Positions 1 through 12,000 of a DNA stretch of 64,000 nucleotides are shown here, piece by piece. The DNA is from Monocercomonoides exilis PA203. Taxonomy: Eukaryota; Protista; Preaxostyla. How positions within the stretch are numbered: position 1 is the first letter of the stretch; each line of letters opens with the position of its first letter. The translations under genes were made by a program, and so were the position numbers. The notes beneath the pieces are model-generated. The model was not told where the DNA came from and ran no database searches. It was given only the letters and a program-made list of their open reading frames with translations. The stretch spans positions 496,001 to 560,000 of the forward strand of contig LSRY02000044.1 of the NCBI GenBank assembly GCA_001643675.2. Reading direction: 5' to 3'.

Positions 1-3000
1 TGCATTGGAGATTATAAGCTGATTGCTAAGAAATAGTTCTGGTTCAAACGATAGATAGCTTAGGAGAGAACGAACGAACTCATCGATAATACGTTTTTTG
101 TGGATATGCTGTTCAAGTAAACTGAGATGTGGATGAATTCCTTCTAAAAGTTCTGTGAAAATATCGCAGAATGTGACAGAGCGAGAGAAGAAACTCAACA
201 ATTGAGTGGAAGAAGCATTAAAAGAACTCGAAGAAGAAGCTGAGGAAGTTGTTTGGGAAGGCAACGTTGAATAAGAGGAGGAAGAAGACAAGCCAGCGGA
301 AGAGGAAGAAGAAGGAGGAGGAGTGAAAGGCGGAATAGACGATGCGGTTGAAGACAGCTGTGCAGAAACACAGTCAGAATACAAAGAAGGCTTCTTGTCA
401 AACAAATTTCCAGCCACACGCAAAGCAAAAAGCAGACAATCGTTTATCAGATGATAAATAGAGTTCTCAATGAAAGTGTATCTGTCAGCATTTGCTTCAT
501 TCAAATTTTCAACTGAAGTAGCGTCGTTTGAATAAGTCGATTCTGAGGGATGCAAAAGAGAATAAGATCCGTCAGAGCTTTGCTTTGACTGCAAAGAAGA
601 TGAAGAAAGAGAGCAAAAAGTTGGGAGGCAGTTGATTGTAGTTGTTGAATCCTTCTGTTTCTGTGCATCGGATACTGATGATGCTGAAGATGCTCCTTCA
701 ACATCTGAAAATTCAGATAGATCAGTTGATTCATATGAAGGAATATTGATTATCAGAGAATCGTTTGTTTGAGTCTTTCTTTGCTTTTGGAACTGTTTGA
801 AAGACACTCCATTTGAAAATGAGACAGTCGGAGTGAACGAATGAATTTGCTCATTGATATCCATTTCTGGTAAGATGGGTGTTGCTTCATCGAATTGGGT
901 GCTAGATGAATCAGGGACAGATGTGTAATCAGTCATCTGTAATGAAGATGCTGATGAGGAAGGAGATTTGTCAAACTGAAACGTTTGCTCAACTGGCGTG
1001 CTTTGTGGATTTAACGTGAACAAAGTTGAAGTTTGTTTATCATCTTCTTTTCTCTTTGGATTTGTTGTGTTGAAGAGATCATTGCCGAGATCCAATTCAT
1101 CCACTGGAACAGCATCTGCATCGCTTTCATCGAAGTCAGACATTCCACACGTTGATTCAAGCTTGTTTGCTTTTTTTGTCTCCGAATTGTTTCCTTTTGC
1201 AATTAACGAGGTTTCTCCACCTAATTTTGAGTTTTCTTTTGTTTGGTTCATTTCTTCACCAGGAGAAGTTGCAAAAGAAGGTGCAAAAAGCAAAGTGAGC
1301 AAAGACATCCCTTCGACATATGGATTCAACAGCAGCATGTCAAACAGCAGTGCTGCTATTTCGTCCTTCCCTTCGTTCACACAAAGGAGCACAATTGCAT
1401 TCAGTGCTTCAATCACAACACGCACCAACAGACGCGAATGATTCACCACATCACACGGAAGACAGGGGAACAGAACACACAGATGAGAAGAGTTGAGTGA
1501 GAGAACAGAAGGAAAGAGTTCAGAATTCAGAGTGGCGGAGTGCCAAAACCCGCAATGGCCGGCAGACACAAATGGAGAGTGGGAGAAGAAGCGGTGTTCT
1601 TCTGGAGATAAAGTGGAATTACAAGAAGAAGAGGAAGAAGAGGCAGAGGAATATAGAGAAGATGGAGAATGATCTGTTAATTTCGTGTTCGAAGAAAACG
1701 GAAAGTCTTCTTGCTTTTCGAATTCATCAGGCGTCAAAACAGGAATGCAAAAGGAAAGATCAGTTAAGGAATTGTTATTGCCACTTGATTCCTTTGTCAT
1801 TGAATGACTATCCGTTTGAGAAGCAGAAGCAGATGGAGCAGATGAAGAAGCAACAGATGCAAATGATGGAGATTGCTTGTAAATTGTTTCACGTTTGTGA
1901 ACATTCTTTGAACGAATATCATTTGCATTCAAAAGATGAGGCCTCCAATCAACACAAGCATCTGAAGAAAGATAGCAGCAGTTGTGTGCAGCTGTTAGTA
2001 AATAGAGTATAACGTGAATGCAATGAGGGAGAGGAACCTGAATACCAGCAACGTTGTTCGAATTCGATTGATTCGAACCAAATTGAGAAGAAGAGGCATT
2101 TGACGATGAAGATGACTGTGATGATTGAACTGATGTTGATGATGTTCCTTGTTGAGGCTGTTGAGCAATAGACTGTTTCGATAAAGCCAAAGAACGAGGG
2201 GAAGTTAATAATCCCCGAAGAGAAAAGAAGTCAGGGTTTGTTGGATGCTCAAATGGATACAGTGATGAATTCGTGTGATGAGAAGATTCAGAAGAATCAG
2301 AATGTTTTGTGCTTGTTTCTTTGTTTAAACATTTTGAGTCCTTTTCAAAAGTTTGTTGAATTTTCTTCAAGTTGCCAGACGAGTTCATAATCAATTCATT
2401 GAAGTTTAACTTCTCATTCATCAGTCTGTTCATTTTATTCTGCTCGTCTTCTTCCACAAACAGCAAATTACTCGCAATTACATCCACACGCCGAAGCATG
2501 ATTGCAAACAAAAGTGTGTAAAAAGGTGGGAACAGTGCAAAAGGAAGCAAAAGAGGTGCCAGCTGTTGAAACCCCTTGCGCTGGATAAATTGGTTCGCAA
2601 AGCCATCGTGCCGGAGTAGCATCAGCCCCAGTAGTCTGAGTGACAAAAGAGCAGTCGATGGAGATGCACCGTGGAAGAAGGAGAGGATACGATTGGCAAG
2701 AATTGAGGACAAGACACTTAAGTTGTAGGAGGAGTATGATGAAAATGAAGAGGATGTTATGGATGAGGAAGAAGACAATGAACTCATACCACTTGATGCA
2801 GAAAATGCAGGTGAAGATGATGATGATGAAGAGGAAGAGGAAGCAGTAATGGAAAGTGGCACAGGTGAAGATAAGCAAGGGTTTGAATCTGTTGTAACAA
2901 ATAAAATTTCCAAAAAGAGAAGAAGACGATTCAGCAAAACTATTCTGTTTATTGGCGATTGTAACTGAATTGGTGTGGATGTTGCTGGATGAGAAATGCT

Positions 3001-6000
3001 GTTGACAAATGAAGATTTAAATGCAAATTGCCTGAATGCTTCTTTTGCAACATTTTCAATACTCACTTTATGACCTTTCAATAGCTTCAAAGTCATTTCA
3101 TTCGTTTTGTGTGCATTTTCTTTATTTTCTTCTTTACATAGCAAATGATCCAACCATAGTTCATTTGCATTCAGCAGAGCATCCGCCCTTTCAGAAGCAG
3201 ATGGAAGAAGACTAACACACAACTCAACAAATAGCTGTAGATCAGGCCCTTCCCACGCATCGCCCAGAAGACGAAGCAAAACTGTGAGCACAGATGAAAG
3301 TGAAGCTGAACTGGGAAAACATTTTAATGGAATTGATTTATTGCTTGGAGAATGGATTGAATTGGTATTGGAATTGCTTGTTAAAGTTGTATGAGAAAAT
3401 CGAACATTCATTTCGCTATTCTCATCTTTCGTAATCCAATCATCAATGCAGTTTGAGCCGAGATGAATGATTAAGTGAATAAGTTGGGCAAATGCGTTGT
3501 GCTCTTTCAGTCTGTCGAGGTTAAATCTTGAATAAGGATTGCCCTGATGCAACAGCAAAAGGAGTGTGCGAGAAAGAATTTGAACAAAAGATGAAGGCAA
3601 CTGAAGAAGAAGAAGCGAATCAAATGCGATGCAAGCAAATGCACGAGCATTCAAAATAATCGGGCACGAAGTGAAATATGTTCTGTTCTTTGATGTTTCA
3701 GTCAATGAAGAAACAGAAGATGGAAAAGTTTCACTTTGCTGATGATCAGATGGTTGATTAGGATTAGGAATACTGTTTTCTTCTTGAATGAGTTCTGAGG
3801 GCAGAGGAGAAGAGAAAGCAGAAGGAGGTATTTGAGACAGCACAGATGCATCAGCCGGAATGAAAGAAGATGCACAAGCAGGCGCAGAACACGCCGAGTG
3901 GAGAATAAGAGCATAAGTCTCTTCATTCAGCAGATGTGCTCTTCTTTCCAGAATATGGCAGAGAAGCTGCCAGCTCCCTTCCACATCCATTTGGTGTGCA
4001 AATGTGGGTGAGTTTCTTGTAGCTGTCATCAAAACAGCAACAGCTGTGGAAAATGCCTGCTCGTCTGTGCACATATCAATCAGAGACAGCAGAACGGTTG
4101 GTCCTCCGATGGATTCAACAGAAGATGCAATTGGATGTGGAGTGGATATGAAAGCATTCCCTTCAACCCATGCAAGAGAGACACCAGCAATACTTGTGGC
4201 AGAAGAAGAAGAGGCAGAAACAGACGAGGAAGAAGAGGAGGAGCTTCCAACAGCAGCAGAAATAGAAGACTCATTCTGCTTCAGCCCAGCATTGTCACGT
4301 GGCTGTGCAGTGAGTGTGTTCCATGTGCCACTCATCGTCTCGTCTCTGTCTGTTTTGTGTCTCATCTGCGCTGTCTTCTTTGCCCACACAACTTCTTTTG
4401 CTTTAATTGATTCCTGTTTTCCTGAGTATCTGCCCTTGTGTTGGTGCTGGAGCTGAGAGTTGTGGTGGATGTCGTGCCATTCAAAACCATCAAAATGGAC
4501 TGATTGATTGTCATTGGGCAGATCGAGTATAGTTTTCATGTCTTTTCTGGAAGGAACAAGGGAATGGAGTTTGTAGTGTTGTGTGTGGTGCATTGGATGA
4601 AAGAAGAAAAAGTATTTTTCGCTCGAAAAGATGAACGGTGACTCGTTTTCAGCACAATGAGGAGCACGTGTTCTGGGAAGACATGAAGGAGGAGGAAAAG
4701 AACGGAGAATGTGCGATGAAGATGAGGAGGAGGAGGAAGAAGAAGATGGAGATTCAGGCAAGTTGATGTGTGGAATGAGTGGAGTGAGTGAGGAAAGAGC
4801 ACCTTCTGCCATCCAAAAGCGAGTGATGGCATTTCGAGATACAGCAGAACGAGGAGAAGGCAATGGAAGACAATTCAATGATGAAAAAGAATTAAGCTGT
4901 TTTGTTGGATGATTATTCATTTTGTCTGTCTCTTCATCTTCTGTGTTTCTTGAAGAAGACGAAGATGAATCAGAAAATGCACTTTTCGTATTTTGATTGA
5001 AGAAAGAGCCTTTCTGAGATTGTTCCAAAATTCTTTTGCTTTCTGCTACTCTGTTATTTCGCGAGCATTTTGACATCTTCATTTTTGCGTTGTGTTCAAC
5101 AATTTCTGATGGAAGACGAGGCAAAACACACGAAAATGAAAGAAAATGTGTTCCGTCATCAGGTATTGCTTGGCTTCGAACAATAGCCTCTTTTCTTTTA
5201 TTCTCATTTGAGACGTTTTTATTGTCTTTTCCTAAATTTGAAAGTGCTTCAATCATTTTGCTGTTCTTTTGACTCTCAATCACATTTATCTCCTTTTGCT
5301 GAGGCTGAGGAGTTACCCACACGTCATTCGGAATTGGTATAACCGAAGCTCTTCCATCGATTCCAGCAAACCTCCCAACATCTCCTGAGGCAGTTCCGAA
5401 ATATGAAGGGCCTAATGACACAATCTGAGCTATTTGGTGGAAGGAAAGAATATCTTCAGCAAGGAAGAAGGGGCCGAGATGCCAGACAGCTGAAAGTGGA
5501 GTCAAAAGGTTAGAAATTGGAGATTCAGCAGAATTGCCTTTGTTTGATTGAGAAAGACGAGAAGAAATATCTTTCTGTGCTGGGCTGAGTGGAGCTGTTG
5601 GTAGAACATTTGCAGCAGCCAATGGAGAAGAAGGGGAAAGTGGAGTGGAACCATGAGGGCTCAGATGAGAAATACCAAAGGGAGAGATGGAAGGGCAAGG
5701 GGAGATGGGAGGAGAGGAGAGAGACATAACAGGAGTCATGGAAGAGGAGAGGGGGCGAGTGATTGCCATGTAAGGAGAGGAAGGATATGAATCAGATGGT
5801 GTTGTGGGTGTGATGGCAGACATGGGGAAAGAGGCTGGCTCCAATGCAGGTGAAGTCTGAGACAAGGGAATCTGCGAGAGAAGATGAGGATGTGAACTAT
5901 CTGTTGATGATTGAGACGAAAATGCATTGTTTGTATTCAACGCATTCAAAATCTTTTTTCCTCCAACAGAAAATTTCGTTCTCTTCTGTCCGATGCTCAT

Positions 6001-9000
6001 TGACACTGTTGATAGCATCGAATGTGGAACAGACTGAACATATGTAAGAGGCTTTGTATCTGAAAACACACCATCAATTGCAATGAAAGCTGTGCCTTTT
6101 GTTTTGAAAGTTCGGTTGCGCAGAAGAGAAATAACGAGATGATGCCAGCGAAAAGGGACGGGATCAAAGGGGAAGGTGCAGAGAGAGAGGGGGTTTGAGG
6201 GGGTTAATGAGAAGGAAGAGAAGGCAGAAGAAGAAGATGAGGAGGAAGATGAGGAAGAGGAAGAAGATGATGATGTATTCTTTTCATTTGCAGCTGAAAT
6301 ATTCTCTTCGATCTCTGAGTGTGGATTTGTCCTCAGAATAAGCTGTTTTCTGGTGTGATCAAAAAGCACCTCAAAGAACAGCTTGCCATCAGCCGATTGG
6401 GCGTTGAAGATCTGCATTGGCAAATAACCAACACAGCAATCTATTCGCAGCCAGAGAGAAAGAGAAAAGCCTGTTCCAGAGGGAGGAAATGGACGGAGAA
6501 CAGAAGAAGAAGAAGAGGAGGAGGAGGAGGAAGAGGATGAGGTGGATGTTTGTGTAGAATTTGAGGGTGTGGATGAAATGGAAGATGATGTGACAGAGTT
6601 CAATGAAGAAGAAGTGTATTGAGAATTTGAAGAAGATGAAGAGGAAGAAGAAGAAGTTGTTGTTGTTGTTGGAGATGTTAGTGAAAGATGAAGAAAAGCA
6701 TCTGAACAGTCAGAAATGTTGAATGTGACACATGGAATGGAAGGAGGAGAAGTGAATGGAGAAAACAATGAATCAAGTGATTGGTTGAGAGAGGAGAAAT
6801 AATTGTGAACAGGATAAGAAGAAATTTGTGTACTTGGAGTGAAAAGAGGAGAAGAAGAAGTGGAATGAATTGGTGAAATGCTTGACGACGAAGAAGAAGA
6901 AGATGCGATGTTTGTGTTTGTGTTTGTGTTTGTGTTTGAGGAAGTGAAGGATGTTGTGTCTGAAGTGTGTTTTGGATGAGATTGAGAGAAAAATGACGAG
7001 AAGAATTCATTTTCAACAGAAGAAGGAAATTTGTACAAAGAAAAATAAGGAGAGGAAGGAGAAGAGCATCCAACAGAAATAAGACCGAGAATGAAATTCA
7101 ATAAAGTATGAAAAGAATTGCAATATGTATCATTTTTTGATGAGATTGCATCTTTTTCGGTTTCTAATTGAGAAGAAGAAGAAGAAGAAGAAGAAGAAGA
7201 ATTTTGATTCTTAACAGACAAAGAACCAAAAGACAAATGCATTTCTTCATCTTTATCTTTCTTTTCCATTGGTATAATCTTCTTCATTCTTTCTTTTCTC
7301 TTCATGTCTTTTTCCACATTCTGAACATTTCCAGCCAAATAAGCCAGCTGAAAGAGCGCTCTTGCTTCTTCATTGGAGACCGAATATCTCCCCAGCAACA
7401 AGCCAATCATTGTAATTTCACAGAAAAGAGGATTCTTTTCGTCACTCAGCACAAATCCAAAGTGAGTCAAAAGCTCAGAAAATATTTTTCCTTCGCTCAA
7501 AATGCGGGTGCTGTGGCTGGATGAGTGAAGAATAAGAAGAAGAAGAGTGCGAAGAATGTCCTTTTGCAATGAGAGGAAAGGGATTCTCTTTAAGAGACGC
7601 AGCAGAACACGAATGGGAAATGCATTTGAAATGAGAAAAGGTGATTTTTGTGATGTCTTTCTGGAATTGCCTGCTTGATTATATGAGAAAGAAGAAAAAG
7701 AAGAATATGAAGAAGAATTAGAAGAATATGAAAGAGAAGGAAGGAGAAGCGAAGAAGGCATAGCCATTTCGTGGGAGTTGTAGAAGGAAGAGAGCACCAG
7801 TTTCTCTCCATCTGTCAAATAATCCACCCCACATCCCATTTCAAACAGAAGAACAGCCACAAAACGAGCACTGTATTCATCTTCCATCAGACCACAAGAA
7901 CACAAAATGTCAGTCAAAAAGTCGGCGAATGAGAAATCCGCCTCTAATTTTGTGCTGTTTGCAGTGTTTGAGGCAGTTGCAGCTGAAAGACAGCGGAGGA
8001 TCAAGTGAATGATGGTGAGAGTAGAAGGAGGAGCGAGCGAGGAATAGAAATGCTGCTCCGCGGAAAAGAGTGAGAAAGAGTGGGAGGTTGAAAGAGAGGA
8101 TGACGAGGAGGAAGATGGAGAAGAAGATCGCGAATTTGATGCATTTTCTGGAGTTGGACTAAATTTGCTGTGCACTGAAGAATTTGACTGATTAGTTTTT
8201 GTGAAGTTGTCATTGCTCTGCTTATTTATCGCTGGCTCCATTAGAAAATAAAACATGGAAGACGAAAGTGTTTGGGGGGAAGCAAACAAAATGCTTGTTT
8301 TTGATGAATTTTGATCATCCAAAGAATCCACTTCATTTTTCTCCTTCTCTTCTTTCTTCTCTTCTGTTAAATTTCCATCGTCATCCTTCAATTTATTCTT
8401 CCTTTTCATTCCTTCTCTTCTCTTCCTTTCCTTCCCTTCTCTCTTCAGCAGCCCAAACAGCACCTCAAACAGTCCCTCTGCCTCAGCTGACGACTGAATA
8501 GCAGGCGACGCATTCAAAATGTGATGGAGAAAAATCAGAAGAGGAACACTTTGTGTTCTCGTAGACAAGCCAATGGCTGAAAGAAGAGAGCAAATGTCAT
8601 CCAGCTGCTGTTGTCTGTCAGAAGAGAGGAAGGAAGACAAGAGGCAGACGGCAGAAGAGACAGAGAAGGGGTGGAGGAGCATGGAGACGAGGATGTAGTC
8701 GTCAGAGGTGTGGAAGAGGCGGCGGGCGATGTGCTGGTTAGGCTCATTTTGGGAGATTAAGGAAAGGAGGGTGTGGGTGAAGGAAGGGATGAGTGAGAAG
8801 AGGGGGCGGAGGGAGGAGAGGAGAGTTAGAGAGGAGGAAGAAGAAGAGGAAGAAGTTGATGATGCATTGCCCGATGAGGAAGATAAAGAAGAAGATGATG
8901 ATGACGATGATGAAGACATAAGATTCAAACACAATGTTGAAGTGAGTGAAGTGGAAGAAGAAGTTGGCTCAACAGATGTTGCAAACGAAGCTGTTCTGTT

Positions 9001-12000
9001 TCTTGCAGAAGAGAAAGTGACAGCTTGTCTTTTGTGTCTGAAACGAGAAGAAGAAGAATGAGAAGAAGACGTAGAATTCAAAGAAGAAGAATCAACATTT
9101 CCATCAGCCGATGAAGCAGCAGAGGAAGACAAAGAAGGCGAGGGAAAAGGAGAATTAGCCAAAGAAACCGGATCCACAAACGACGTGGCAGCTGAAATGG
9201 TCGAAAAAGGCGAGTCGAAAGGAGCATTGTGAGCGTGAGTGACGGCGTCTGCTTCGATTCTGCCGATGTCTCTTCGGATGATTGAGGAAGAGACCAGGTC
9301 AAAAGTGTCTGTGATGATCTCAATGAAAGGGAACTCGTCGGGACGGACGGAAATGCCGTGGCGGGAGTAAAGAGAGCGGAGATGCTTGGCGGTGTGGAGG
9401 AAGAAGGAGGTGGGGGGGATGAAATAGGGGGAGGAAGAAGAGGAAGAAGAGGAGGAGGAGGAAGAAGAAGAAGATAAAGAAGAATTATTCAATCCTGTTG
9501 ATGAGTTTCCAACAGAATTATTAATCAAACATTCACTAGCAGAGCTTTTCAGCTTGAGAGGAGGTAGATTTCCCTTCTCTTCGTTGAGAGAGTCATCACA
9601 GAATTGCTTCAGACTGCTCCATGTGCATTCTTTTGGATAGTCAGGGCTGATACAAACAGAAAGAACAACCAAAGAGGCGAGAAGAGAAGAAACACGCTCA
9701 ACAATTTTGGTGTTGCGAAGAGTTGAGAGCATTCTTTGCTTAGAGGCAAATGAAGAGGAAGAGGAAGAAGAAGAAGAAGATAAAGAATTGAATAAAGGAG
9801 ATGAAGATGCAAGTGTTGAGTGGTGGGAAGGGAGAGAGAAAAGAGGGTGGAAGGGAGAAAAAGAAGGATATGCGAAGTTCAATGCCAATGCAAAAGAAGG
9901 AAGATAAGACGAAGAATAAGGCAGAGACAGAGAAGAATGCAAAGGAGAAGAAGAAGAAGAAGATGATGATGATGATGATGAAATAGAAGAAGAAGAGATT
10001 GACAGAAGTTTTTCAATGCCAAACAGAACTGTTGAGAGGGTGCTGACAGACATTTGAGTGGTGAGTGATGTTTTGCACAGCATCGACAGCTCTCTTTGGA
10101 GAAGAGGGAAGACAAACGAAGAAGGAGAAGAGGAGGAGGAAGAAGAAGATGATGAGGATGATGAAGTGAAAGAGGAAGAAGGAGGTGAAGAAGAAGGAGT
10201 AATGGATGAAGAACGTGGAGAGAAAGGAGAAGGAGCAGAAGAAGAAATCGAAGAAGAAGAAGAGATCGAAGAAGAAGAAGAAATCGAAGAAGAAGAAGAA
10301 GAAATCGAAGAAGAAGAAGAAGTCAGAGAAGAATTCATTTGCGAGCTTCCACCCAAACTCTGGTCGCTCAATGAGCATCGTGTGTGCACAGCCAGCACTT
10401 CGATGCATTCTCTCTTGACTGCCTCGTTCAGATCAGGGAACAACCTCATAAGCGTCTCAGTCGTGCCCAGTTTAGACGCGAAATGGGGGTTTTTGCTGTT
10501 TGCCCGGAGAATTCGGATGATTCTCCGGATGATGTTGAGCTGGAGAAGAGGCTGAGCGACGGAGTATTCGAAGAGAGAGAGGAGAGACAGGAAGGCAGAG
10601 AAGGAGAGGATGCTGTTTTCGTCGCAGGGGACAGAAAGAGTGGCGCGGGCGAAGGCGGTGTGTGGAATGGAGGAAGAGATGGAGTGAGAGAGAGAAGAAA
10701 GGAGAGAAGAGAAGGGGGAAAGAGAAGAAGAGGAGGAGGAGAAGGAAGAAGATGAGGAAGAAGAGGAAGAGGAAGAGGAAGAATAAAAAGAAGAAGAAGA
10801 AGAAGAGAAAGGGCTTAATTGTTCAGATGAAGAGCTGTTGGTTGATTCATCAGAAGGGACAACACGCCAAAACAAGAGGAAGTCGCTTGGAATAAGAGAA
10901 GATGACGAATTTGTTGAAGAAGTCTTTTTTTGCTGCTCAAAATCAGAACAGGGGGAAGACGAAGTCAAAGAAGATGATGATGAAATTGATGGAGGAGCAG
11001 AAGAAGAAGGTTCAGAAGAAGAAGTTTGAAGGGGAGGAGAATAAGGAGGTGAAGGCGAAGAATGCATAGGAATATCTTCGTTCTGTTGATCTTCATTGAA
11101 TTCATTCTGAGAAGAAGATGATGATGAATCAGATGATGTTTGTGCATTTTCTGCTGATTCAGCTGCATTTGCGATAGAAGGAGCTTCTTCAGTCAAATCA
11201 GAAGAAGAAGAAGAAGAAGAGGAAGAAGAAGAAGATGATGATGATGATGATGAAGCTGATTGTGTTTGAGAAGGAGAAGTTGAAATGAATGAAGAAAGAG
11301 AAGCAGAAGGAAATGAAATATTTTCGAAGTTCTGATTGCTCAAAGATAAAGACAAAGAAGAAGTGGAAGAGGAAGAAGAGGAGGAAGAGGAAGAAGAAGG
11401 CAGAGAAGAAAAAGAAGAAGTGAAATTGGAAAGAGAAGAAGAAGGGAAGAGAATATCATCGGAATTGTTGTTTGTGTGCGAGTCAGCAAGAGAAGAGGAA
11501 TGGAAAGAAGGAGAAAGAGGAGCATTTGTGAAGGAATTTCGAGAGTATGAGGGTGTTAATGGCTGAGATGAGGAATAATGAGAGGTGAAGGAAGAAGAAG
11601 AAGAAGAATTTAAAGGAGAAAAAGAGGAAGATGCAGAAGAAGAAGAAGAAGAAGAAGGAAAAGAAGAAGGCAGCATAAGAGAAGCAGAAGGAGAGGAGTA
11701 AAGAAGATGGGCGTTTGGAGAGCGGACGAAAGAGCGAAGAATAAAGAGAAGCTCAAAGGGATCTGTTTGTGTGTTGGAAGAAGGAGAGGAAGAGGAAGAG
11801 GAAGAAGAAGGAGAAGAAGAAGATTGTGGATAAGAGATGTTATTTGGATAGGATTCTGGACGAGGCGAAGGAGAAGAAGAAGGAAATGAATAAGAATTCG
11901 ATGAATGAGAACGAGAAGGCAAAGGAGACGGGGAAGAAGAAGGAGGAAGAGAAGAAGCAGAAGAAGAAGAAGAAGAAGGAAAAGGTTTATCAAACTTTAT

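Noticed and set aside
8461-8520. Apparent in-frame TGA codons suggesting TGA=Trp recoding
   Set aside because: They are in a different frame. The true frame reads ILNASPAIQSSAEAEGLFEVLF, and genes here end in TAA, TAG and TGA normally.
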